From: an uncultured Erysipelotrichaceae bacterium
GTDB lineage: Bacteria; Bacillota_I; Bacilli_A; RF39; UBA660
Reading direction: 5' to 3'
Length of the DNA: 32,837 nucleotides
Assembly (NCBI GenBank): GCA_902772675.1
Contig: CACYBN010000106.1
Span: 1 to 32,837 of the forward strand
Shown here: in pieces, positions 9,143-16,453 of the stretch
How the letters are laid out: each line of letters starts with the position of its first letter
How positions within the stretch are numbered: position 1 is the stretch's first letter
Program-made: the position numbers and the translations under genes
The notes under the pieces: generated by a model
Told to the model about the DNA's origin: nothing
What the model saw: the letters and a program-made list of their open reading frames with translations, nothing else
Database searches by the model: none

Positions 9143-9170
9143 AAACTGATATTTATTATCAGTTTTTTTT
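9143..9170 (+). terminator. intrinsic terminator
   Basis: AAACTGATA-TTTAT-TATCAGTTT hairpin followed by T8. Confidence 0.65.
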
Positions 9171-9180
9171 AGGAGTATAT

Positions 9181-10020
9181 ATGGAAAGATATAAAGAAAT
9201 AGAAAGAGATATAATTAAGAAATATCGTAAAGAGATTTGGTCTAGATTTGTTAAAGCTGTTCAAGACTATAAACTTATTGAAGAAGGAGATAAGATTATG
9301 GTTTGTATTAGTGGTGGAAAAGATTCATTTCTTTTAGCTAAATGTGTGCAAGAACTACAAAGACATGGAAGATTTAAATTCGATGCAGAATATGTAGTTA
9401 TGGATCCAGGATATACTGAAACGAATAGAAATAATATTATTTCTTTAGGAGAAATATTAAATATACCTATAAAGATATTTGAAAGTGATATTTTCAATAT
9501 TGTATATGATATAGAAAATAGTCCTTGTTATTTATGTGCTAGAATGAGAAGAGGATATTTATATAGTAAAGCTCAAGAGTTAGGATGTAATAAAATAGCT
9601 TTAGGTCATCATTTTGATGATGTTATAGAAACAACTTTATTATCTATGTTTTATGGATCTGAATTAAAAACTATGATGCCTAAATTACATAGTGATAATT
9701 TTGAAGGTTTAGAACTTATTAGACCTCTATATTATGTTAGAGAGGCTGATATTATTGCATGGAAAAATAATAATAACTTAAACTTTTTAAATTGTGCTTG
9801 TAAGTTTACTGAAGAATGTAGTTTAGATAAAGAAGATAAGAGTAAAAGACTAGAAATTAAAAAACTAATAAAAGATTTGAAAAAGAAAAATCCAAATGTA
9901 GATATGAATATATTTACTAGTATGTCTAATGTTAATTTAAACTGTGTTCTTGAATATAAAAAAGGAGATAAGAAATATTCTTTTTTAGATGAATATGATA
10001 ATAAAAAAGAGGATAAATAA
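9181..10020 (+). CDS. TtcA-family PP-loop ATPase (tRNA thiolation-type enzyme)
   Basis: PP-loop CISGGKDS, CYLCARMRRGYLY, ALGHHFDDVIETTLLS and an additional Cys pair (NCACKF). AGGAG RBS at 9171-9175. Confidence 0.85.
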   Translation: MERYKEIERDIIKKYRKEIWSRFVKAVQDYKLIEEGDKIMVCISGGKDSFLLAKCVQELQRHGRFKFDAEYVVMDPGYTETNRNNIISLGEILNIPIKIFESDIFNIVYDIENSPCYLCARMRRGYLYSKAQELGCNKIALGHHFDDVIETTLLSMFYGSELKTMMPKLHSDNFEGLELIRPLYYVREADIIAWKNNNNLNFLNCACKFTEECSLDKEDKSKRLEIKKLIKDLKKKNPNVDMNIFTSMSNVNLNCVLEYKKGDKKYSFLDEYDNKKEDK

Positions 10021-10033
10021 TTATCCTTTTTTT
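10003..10033. terminator. possible bidirectional terminator hairpin containing both convergent stop codons
   Basis: A6-GAGGATAA-ATAA-TTATCC-T7. The AGGATAA/TTATCCT stem is at 10010-10027. Stop TAA 10018-10020 (+) and stop 10021-10023 (-) lie in the loop and stem. Confidence 0.4.
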
Positions 10034-10812
10034 AATTTGTTTAATTTTGCTTTTATTATTTTTATTTTTTCTGAGTATTTTTCTTTTGACTTTTTATTAT
10101 TTTCTTCGATTTTTTCTTCGAATTTTACTAATTTCTTTTCAAGATTTTTTCTTCTTCTTTCTATATCTTTTTCTATTCTATCTAAGTTTGGTTTAAGTTC
10201 AGGGAATGCATTTACTAAACGTCTATATAAGAAGTTCCTATTTCGTAACTCTTCTTTTACATAATTACTTATTTCTGGAGTAGAATCTTTATTTGATTCC
10301 AATGATAATACTTTTACTCCAGAGATTATTTTTAGAGAAATAATATAATCTAATATTAATAGTATGAATAATGCTAAAGCTATAATATTAGTTATATTTA
10401 TTGGTAATATGTTATATATACTTATTACTAATGGATTAATTATATAAATAATCATTAGACCAGCAAAAGCAAAAAATAGAGTATAGTTTAAACAAATTCT
10501 TCCATTTAAATTATATTTATATTTAGAATAATCCCACCATCTTAAATTATATATTTTTTCTAATAGATAACTTGTTATATATTCTAAAGTTGCACATATT
10601 ATCATAGACATTACTGCGGTAGTAGCAGGATTTTTTATAAATGCTGATAATATAATACTAATAGCAATAGCACCAAATCCATATATTGGGCATATAGGTC
10701 CGATTAGGAAGCCTCTATTTACTAATTTTTTTAAATGAATAATAGAACTAATTACTTCAATAAACCATCCTAGAAAAGAATATACAAGAAATAAAAAAAA
10801 CAGTTTTATCAT
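10021..10812 (-). CDS. PF06541-type membrane protein ('putative ABC-transporter type IV') with a Lys/Glu-rich C-terminal coiled-coil tail
   Basis: N-terminal signature YSFLGWFIEV...VNRGFLIGPICPIYGFGA with polytopic topology. The C-terminal ~70 aa are highly charged (KDIERRRKNLEKKLVKFEEKIEENNKKSKEK...). Confidence 0.75.
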   Translation of the reverse strand: MIKLFFLFLVYSFLGWFIEVISSIIHLKKLVNRGFLIGPICPIYGFGAIAISIILSAFIKNPATTAVMSMIICATLEYITSYLLEKIYNLRWWDYSKYKYNLNGRICLNYTLFFAFAGLMIIYIINPLVISIYNILPINITNIIALALFILLILDYIISLKIISGVKVLSLESNKDSTPEISNYVKEELRNRNFLYRRLVNAFPELKPNLDRIEKDIERRRKNLEKKLVKFEEKIEENNKKSKEKYSEKIKIIKAKLNKLKKG

Positions 10813-10828
10813 CTTATCACCTAAAGGA

Positions 10829-10837
10829 ATTATAGCA
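10829..10837 (-). promoter_or_regulatory. candidate extended -10 promoter element (TGCTATAAT on minus strand)
   Basis: The reverse complement of ATTATAGCA is TGCTATAAT, 16 nt upstream of the start at 10812. Confidence 0.4.
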
Positions 10838-10843
10838 AATTTA

Positions 10844-10872
10844 TTGACATGAATAAATAACTTTGTTTTAAT
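10844..10872 (+). promoter_or_regulatory. candidate sigma-A-type promoter TTGACA-17-TTTAAT
   Basis: Perfect -35 (10844-10849), 17-nt spacer and -10 TTTAAT (10867-10872), upstream of GGAGG (10879-10883) and ATG 10891. Confidence 0.5.
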
Positions 10873-10890
10873 TAGAATGGAGGTTTTAAG

Positions 10891-11451
10891 ATGAAGAGAT
10901 TAATAAAAATATTGGCTATATTTACTGTAGTTTTATTATTACCATTAAGTGTTAAAGCAGAAGATGAACATGAGAAATTTAATTTATATATTTTCCATGG
11001 GGAAACTTGTCCTCATTGTCAAGAATTACTTGAGTGGCTTGATAAAAATGAAGAAGAATATGGATATATGTATAATATTGTTAAATATGAAGTATGGAAT
11101 GATTCAAACAATGCTGCTTTAATGAATAGTGTATCTACTGCTTTAGAAGAAGAAGCAGGTGGAGTACCATATATTGTAATTGGTGATAAAACTATGTCTG
11201 GATTTGCAGAAGGATCTACTGATGAAGAATTAGTAAAAATGATGAAAGAAGAATACAACAAAGATGTTAAAGACAGAGTAGATGTAGTTGCTAATACTAT
11301 AAAAGAAACTAATTGGAAACCATCTTCAGGAGATAACAACAATACAAACGAATCTAAAAAAGATTCAAAAACTAGCGATTTATTAATTGGATTAGCACTT
11401 GTAGTTGTTATTGTTGGTGGAGTTGCAATAGCTATAAAAGCAAGACAATAA
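10891..11451 (+). CDS. secreted thioredoxin-fold thiol-disulfide oxidoreductase (CPHC) with C-terminal TM anchor
   Basis: Signal peptide MKRLIKILAIFTVVLLLPLSVKA, active-site-like FHGETCPHCQEL, and C-terminal LLIGLALVVVIVGGVAIAIKARQ. Confidence 0.75.
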   Translation: MKRLIKILAIFTVVLLLPLSVKAEDEHEKFNLYIFHGETCPHCQELLEWLDKNEEEYGYMYNIVKYEVWNDSNNAALMNSVSTALEEEAGGVPYIVIGDKTMSGFAEGSTDEELVKMMKEEYNKDVKDRVDVVANTIKETNWKPSSGDNNNTNESKKDSKTSDLLIGLALVVVIVGGVAIAIKARQ

Positions 11452-11460
11452 TAATTTTTA

Positions 11461-11491
11461 AAAAGATATATTTAAATATATCTTTTTTTTT
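11461..11491 (+). terminator. intrinsic terminator
   Basis: AAAAGATATAT-TTAA-ATATATCTTTT hairpin followed by a T-run. Confidence 0.65.
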
Positions 11492-11517
11492 GGTATTATT
11501 ATAATAGGTGAAATAAT

Positions 11518-13887
11518 ATGGTAGATAGAGATTTAGTTAGATTACTAGTATCAATTCGTTCATCAATAGAGAAACAATTTGAATCTAACCCAGAAAATTT
11601 ATCTTTTTACTCAAGTAATAGAAGATCTATCGAAAGAGCAATTCTATCATATTTTGATGGTGCCATAAAAAGTAGATATAATCATATCTCCAATAATTCT
11701 TCTATAGAAGTAGATTTAGATTCATTTGATGAAGGTAAGATTGTATTTCCACCTGAAGGTGCAAGCGTATTAAGATTAATTAGAGGAAATAAAGGAATAG
11801 ATATTAATATAGAATATGAAGTAGCTAGAGCTTTAGCTAGTACTGGTATTTATGAGGAAACAGTTACTAGTTTCTTAAGAGGTTTAGAAGGTTGTATTAT
11901 TTCTACTCCTGATGTAAGTTTTAACAATCCTGGTATTAGATTTGATTTAGATAACTCACATATTTTTGGATTAGAAAGTCTAACATTATTTCCTAATTTA
12001 TTAAAGAATATATCTATAAAAGAACCTATATCAGAAGTTGATGTAACTAGAATATCTATAATTCAAATGGAAGAATTATTATTTGATTTATTAGAAAGAA
12101 TTCCATATACAAGTAGTAGTCTTGAAGTGGAAAAAGATCTTAATGTAATAGTTACAGATCTATCTATTTCAGCTAGAGATTGTCATATGTTTAATAGATC
12201 AGATAGAGATAAAATGATTAGTGTGATAAGAACTACAATAGCTATTATCAATGATCAAAAAGATGCTAAATATGAAAAAGAATGTCTACTAAGAGAAAAG
12301 ATAAGAGCTAATAAAAGTAATGCTTTAAATAGTACATTATTCCAAAGGACAATATTTAATATTTATGTTAGAAATATTAGTGAATTTGATGAATCTACTG
12401 ATTTAGAAAATACTATTTTAAAGAAATTACCTTTCTTAAGAGATATTATTAGAAATGATCCTCTTGTTATGGAAGCAATTGAAAATAAAATAAAACAAAT
12501 GAGAGCTATTTATAGAATTCATAATAGTAGAAATACTGAAGTCACTGAAGATTCGGTAAGATCTTTCTTAAGTGAATTGATGCAAGAAGATTTTAAAGAA
12601 CCAACTCCTGTATTAATTGATATATGTCACGAATATATAGAAGAAATGATTCTTTTATATAGAGAAGCTAGTAAAGATATTAAACCATTAATTGAAAAAG
12701 CAATATCTCTTAATTTAGTAAGTTTAAATAATGAAAAATTGAATGATATTTTAATTCAATTAACAGGTATTATAAGAATAGATGCTGAAATGAATACTTA
12801 TAGAAAATACTTTAAAGGAGAATTAACTCCAGATATAGTAGAAAGTAGATATATAGAATATGGTAATGTTTCTATAGAAGATTATGATAGAGATAAGTTA
12901 AAAGAGCAAATACTTCAAAGATTGATGTCTAATAATGTAGATATAAGAGATGTATTATATCAAGGTAATTTAAGAGAACATTTGAGTTATGATAGAGATT
13001 TATACTTAGACTTTAATTTAATTAGTAGAATAGAAGCTTCATTTAAAGATGATGCTGATGTAAATATAGATAGCTTTTTAAATGAAACAGGTAATCCTTA
13101 TTATAGAGAAATATATGAACATTTACTAAATTGTGATAATTATACTCCAGTAGATTATTTAACATTAGAAGATTTCTTAGTATATATAAAATCAGATTTA
13201 TTCTCAAATAGAGAGATGGGTTCTGCTAAAGAATATATTTTAGTACAAGATTTTGTTAAAAAGTTTAGATCTAAAATACCTGATGATAAATTATCTGTAT
13301 TTGCAGATTTCTTAGAAACAGATAAACCATTTGAACCTGATGTATGTTTAGATAGTTTAGCTCATTCTAGATTAGAAATAGAAACTGTTACAGAATATGA
13401 GAAAGTTGCTAATGATGAAAAATATTATAATAATCCAGTATTATTTAATTTAGTTTTAAATTCTGAAAGAAGTAGAGAAATTTTTAGAAAACATGATGGT
13501 GGTTTTGTTCCTCTAGTTACTAAAGTAATGATGAAAGCAATCAAAAATAAAAAGAACTTTAAATGTTTAGGAGATTCTTCTTCTACAATATATTATGTTC
13601 AAGACTTAAGTAGTTTCTTAGTTACTAATATTGGTGATAAGAATAATAGAAGTGGTAGATATAATATAAATAATAAATGTGGATATATAATTAAATTAAA
13701 TGATAGTAATAATGTTTATGGTTTAGTTGAAGTTTTTACTGATGGTACTCGTGCTAGTCAAATTTCATCAATTAGACAATGTAATGGATTAAATACAGCT
13801 AGAAAGATTAGACTAACTAGAAAGAAAGATCCTGAAGTTGATGGATATGTTCAAAATGGAGGATTATTATCAAGGAGGTATTCTTAA
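11518..13887 (+). CDS. large soluble orphan protein (789 aa), no recognisable motif
   Basis: Uninterrupted 2.37-kb ORF with GGTGA RBS at 11507-11511. There is no TM segment, no P-loop and no nuclease, protease or other signature visible by eye. Confidence 0.7.
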   Translation: MVDRDLVRLLVSIRSSIEKQFESNPENLSFYSSNRRSIERAILSYFDGAIKSRYNHISNNSSIEVDLDSFDEGKIVFPPEGASVLRLIRGNKGIDINIEYEVARALASTGIYEETVTSFLRGLEGCIISTPDVSFNNPGIRFDLDNSHIFGLESLTLFPNLLKNISIKEPISEVDVTRISIIQMEELLFDLLERIPYTSSSLEVEKDLNVIVTDLSISARDCHMFNRSDRDKMISVIRTTIAIINDQKDAKYEKECLLREKIRANKSNALNSTLFQRTIFNIYVRNISEFDESTDLENTILKKLPFLRDIIRNDPLVMEAIENKIKQMRAIYRIHNSRNTEVTEDSVRSFLSELMQEDFKEPTPVLIDICHEYIEEMILLYREASKDIKPLIEKAISLNLVSLNNEKLNDILIQLTGIIRIDAEMNTYRKYFKGELTPDIVESRYIEYGNVSIEDYDRDKLKEQILQRLMSNNVDIRDVLYQGNLREHLSYDRDLYLDFNLISRIEASFKDDADVNIDSFLNETGNPYYREIYEHLLNCDNYTPVDYLTLEDFLVYIKSDLFSNREMGSAKEYILVQDFVKKFRSKIPDDKLSVFADFLETDKPFEPDVCLDSLAHSRLEIETVTEYEKVANDEKYYNNPVLFNLVLNSERSREIFRKHDGGFVPLVTKVMMKAIKNKKNFKCLGDSSSTIYYVQDLSSFLVTNIGDKNNRSGRYNINNKCGYIIKLNDSNNVYGLVEVFTDGTRASQISSIRQCNGLNTARKIRLTRKKDPEVDGYVQNGGLLSRRYS

Positions 13888-14228
13888 TGAATATAGATAA
13901 AATTATGAACTTACAATATAGAAAAGTTCTTACTGAAAAAGATAGAATATATGATTATATAAAAGATAGTAATAGTATTAAGCAATTATCTAATATTGAA
14001 ATTTTATCTATTTTTATCGTAGATGTAGATGATCTAGATAAAGAAATACTTGATATTAATGAATTAAAACAAGCTATCATAGATGAAAATTTAAGTAAGA
14101 TATTATCTCTTAAAAACAAAAGATTATCTGATGCTATAAATAAGAGAGTAGTTCTTGAATTTGTAGAATTTCTAAATAAAAATAGAGTTGTAAAAATAGG
14201 ATATGAATTACTTGATGCAATTTTATAA
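13887..14228 (+). CDS. small acidic orphan protein (113 aa)
   Basis: TAATG overlap with the 789-aa gene and a strong AGGAGG at 13874-13879. Followed by a terminator. Confidence 0.6.
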   Translation: MNIDKIMNLQYRKVLTEKDRIYDYIKDSNSIKQLSNIEILSIFIVDVDDLDKEILDINELKQAIIDENLSKILSLKNKRLSDAINKRVVLEFVEFLNKNRVVKIGYELLDAIL

Positions 14229-14230
14229 AT

Positions 14231-14259
14231 AAAAAAAACAGTATTTATACTGTTTTTTA
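14231..14259. terminator. bidirectional intrinsic terminator shared by the convergent units
   Basis: A8-CAGTA-TTTA-TACTG-T6 (stem 14238-14243/14248-14253), flanked by an A-run and a T-run, between stops 14228 (+) and 14265 (-). Confidence 0.6.
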
Positions 14260-14264
14260 TTTTT

Positions 14265-15830
14265 TTATAATACTTCTAAATTATTATTTGGAATAGGTCG
14301 TTGTGGAACTGGTTGACTAACTGGAGTTTCATCACTAATGGATGCATTTATAGTTCTATCTTTAGCCCATTCTTTAATCTTATCAATTTTATCTTTATTA
14401 GTTTTATACATTGATACTGAGTTATTGAATGCTTCAATAATCTTATCTTCAGTTATTTGAAGAGTTCCAGCGATTGCTTTATAAGCTAAATCACGAATTA
14501 TTGATTCAATATCTGAACCAGTATAATTATTTGTAATATCTACTAATCTATTAATGAATTCTTGTGATGGATTCATTTCTAAATATTTTTTTAAATATAA
14601 TGAAATTATTTCAGATCTTTCAATTCTTGTAGGTAAATCTACAAAGAACATTTCATCAAATCTTCCTTTTCTTAATAATTCAGGAGGTAAATCATTTACA
14701 TTGTTAGCTGTTGCTACTACAAATACATCTTTATTACATTCTTGTAACCAGAATAAGAATTGACCTATTAATCTTTGAGTAACTCCAGAAGAGTCACTAG
14801 AACCAGCGGCTAAACCTTTTTCAATTTCATCAATCCATAATATACATGGAGCTACATGTTCAGCTGTTTCAAAAGCTTCTTTTAATTGTTGTTCACTTTG
14901 TCCTACATATCTACCTTGAATAGTAGCAAAGTCTAAACGATATAGAGGTCTTTTCCATCTTTGAGCAATTGCTTTAGAAGATAAACTTTTTCCACATCCA
15001 GGAACTCCCATTAATAATATTCCTCTTGGAGGTCTAATACCTTTATTTTTCATTTCTTCTCTTTTTTCTGGTGATAAAAGTTTTTCTTTTTCATCTAACC
15101 AGTTCTTAAGATTTTGTAATCCACCAAATGCTAAGTCATCTTCAATATATATTTTTTCAAGACCATTTATATCAGAGAATAAACTATCTTTAGCAAATTT
15201 TAAATCTATTAAATCTTCTTTTAGTAATGATCCTTTTGCTATCATAGTAGCTACTACATTTTTAATTTCTATTGTAGATATACCAGTAAGAATATTAGAT
15301 ACTTCTTTTACATCATTTAAATCCCATTCAATTTGAATTTGATTTTGATATGGTCTAATAGCTTCTACTACAATATTAAATATTTCTTCTTCAGTAGGAA
15401 GTGAAAAATCAATTACCATACCTTGTCTATGTAATTGAACCCATAATGGAGAAGAAGTAATAACTATAATTACTGAAGATCTTTCTTCTGCTAAAACGGC
15501 TAAATCAGCTAAATATCTAGAAGTAACATTTTCAGTATCTAAATCTTGTACATCACTAAGTACATATATTTGATTTTCACTAGTTTGTAGTTCTGTTGCT
15601 ATATAATCTAGAGCTCCCATTAATAGTTTATCTCCATTATATACTTCACCAGATACTATATTAGTAAATCCATTAGACATTGAGTGTATTTTAATAATAG
15701 AATTAGTTTCTTGACTTATTTCTTTTATTAATCCAATAGTTCTAGATTTTTCAATTGAATTGATTCCAATAAATGGAATTCTAGCCATTATATATCTTTG
15801 TAATAATTCTTTTGTTTCTTGATAATTCAT
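14265..15830 (-). CDS. classical-clade AAA+ ATPase, Ycf46-like architecture (non-catalytic N-terminal domain plus one active AAA module)
   Basis: Walker A GVPGCGKS (residues 275-282; nt 15008-14985) and Walker B ILWIDE (nt 14843-14826). Pore-loop YVG (308-310), sensor-1 VVATANN, and SRH arginines LLRKGRFDEMFFVDLP. The string FGGLQNLKNWL...RGILLMGVPGCGKS...VATANN...PPELLRKGRFDE matches my memory of Ycf46-type AAA proteins. GGAGGAG RBS. Confidence 0.9.
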   Translation of the reverse strand: MNYQETKELLQRYIMARIPFIGINSIEKSRTIGLIKEISQETNSIIKIHSMSNGFTNIVSGEVYNGDKLLMGALDYIATELQTSENQIYVLSDVQDLDTENVTSRYLADLAVLAEERSSVIIVITSSPLWVQLHRQGMVIDFSLPTEEEIFNIVVEAIRPYQNQIQIEWDLNDVKEVSNILTGISTIEIKNVVATMIAKGSLLKEDLIDLKFAKDSLFSDINGLEKIYIEDDLAFGGLQNLKNWLDEKEKLLSPEKREEMKNKGIRPPRGILLMGVPGCGKSLSSKAIAQRWKRPLYRLDFATIQGRYVGQSEQQLKEAFETAEHVAPCILWIDEIEKGLAAGSSDSSGVTQRLIGQFLFWLQECNKDVFVVATANNVNDLPPELLRKGRFDEMFFVDLPTRIERSEIISLYLKKYLEMNPSQEFINRLVDITNNYTGSDIESIIRDLAYKAIAGTLQITEDKIIEAFNNSVSMYKTNKDKIDKIKEWAKDRTINASISDETPVSQPVPQRPIPNNNLEVL

Positions 15831-15839
15831 AAACTCCTC

Positions 15840-16271
15840 CTAAGCATTAAAGTTTAAATTACTTATAATCATTTGTATTTCTGGTACATTATTATTTTTA
15901 AAAGCTTCTACAATTGTCTTTTTCATATCTTCTCCAAAGTTTGTTATACTTTGTAATAAACTATTCTTACTATTATTATCGAAGTGTTTTATCGAAGCCA
16001 ATCTTTTAGCAACTTTTATTTCATTTGATAAGTAATTAATTTCTAATATTAAAGTATTACTATTTTGTTCTATAGTATTTAGTTTCATAATAAAATTATC
16101 TAAAGAATCATTTAATCTATAATTTATTAATCCTACTATTTGATTTAGAAATCTTACTTTTATATCACCTGTGTAAGTAATATTAGAATTTTCTAGTTTT
16201 TGAATATTTTCTTCAGAAATAGCTCCTTTTTTTAAACTATCTATAAAACTAACCCATTCATAATATGTCAT
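15840..16271 (-). CDS. orphan helical protein (143 aa), operon partner of the AAA+ ATPase
   Basis: ATGA overlap with the upstream ORF and a 9-nt gap to the ATPase gene. GGAGAGTGA RBS. No recognisable motif. Confidence 0.65.
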   Translation of the reverse strand: MTYYEWVSFIDSLKKGAISEENIQKLENSNITYTGDIKVRFLNQIVGLINYRLNDSLDNFIMKLNTIEQNSNTLILEINYLSNEIKVAKRLASIKHFDNNSKNSLLQSITNFGEDMKKTIVEAFKNNNVPEIQMIISNLNFNA

Positions 16272-16453
16272 TGTCTATTCACTCTCCTTACACTTTCGTA
16301 TAGAGGAGGTAAATCCCAATCAGGTAAACTATTAATAAATTGTTCTCCATTACTATCAGTTATTTCTTTAGGAGTAATAACTTTTCTTTCTTGATCTATT
16401 TGTTTAAATAAATCATCTTTCTTTTCTAGAAAGCTTAAATCATTATTGTCCAT
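16268..16453 (-). CDS. orphan small protein (61 aa), operon partner
   Basis: Strong AGGAGG 5 nt upstream of ATG 16453, embedded in the end of the 576-aa gene. It overlaps the upstream gene by 11 nt and the downstream gene by 4 nt. Sequence ends ...SLPDWDLPPLYESVRRVNRQ. Confidence 0.55.
   Translation of the reverse strand: MDNNDLSFLEKKDDLFKQIDQERKVITPKEITDSNGEQFINSLPDWDLPPLYESVRRVNRQ

Noticed and set aside
9267-9497. 76-aa minus-strand ORF
   Set aside because: It lies antisense inside the TtcA-family gene, across the PP-loop region.
9989-10264. 91-aa plus-strand ORF
   Set aside because: It lies antisense to the Lys/Glu-rich tail of the 10021-10812 gene. Its F/S-rich translation is the mirror of AAG/GAA-rich coding sequence.
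11019-11342. 107-aa minus-strand ORF
   Set aside because: It lies antisense inside the CPHC thioredoxin-like gene.
14554-14763. 69-aa plus-strand ORF
   Set aside because: It lies antisense inside the AAA+ ATPase gene, in the SRH/sensor region.
14265-16271. Trip13/HORMA-like pair as in type III CBASS
   Set aside because: No CD-NTase or effector gene is present. The ATPase motifs look like classical-clade, Ycf46-type AAA rather than Pch2/Trip13. The 143-aa partner looks all-helical, not HORMA-like alpha/beta.
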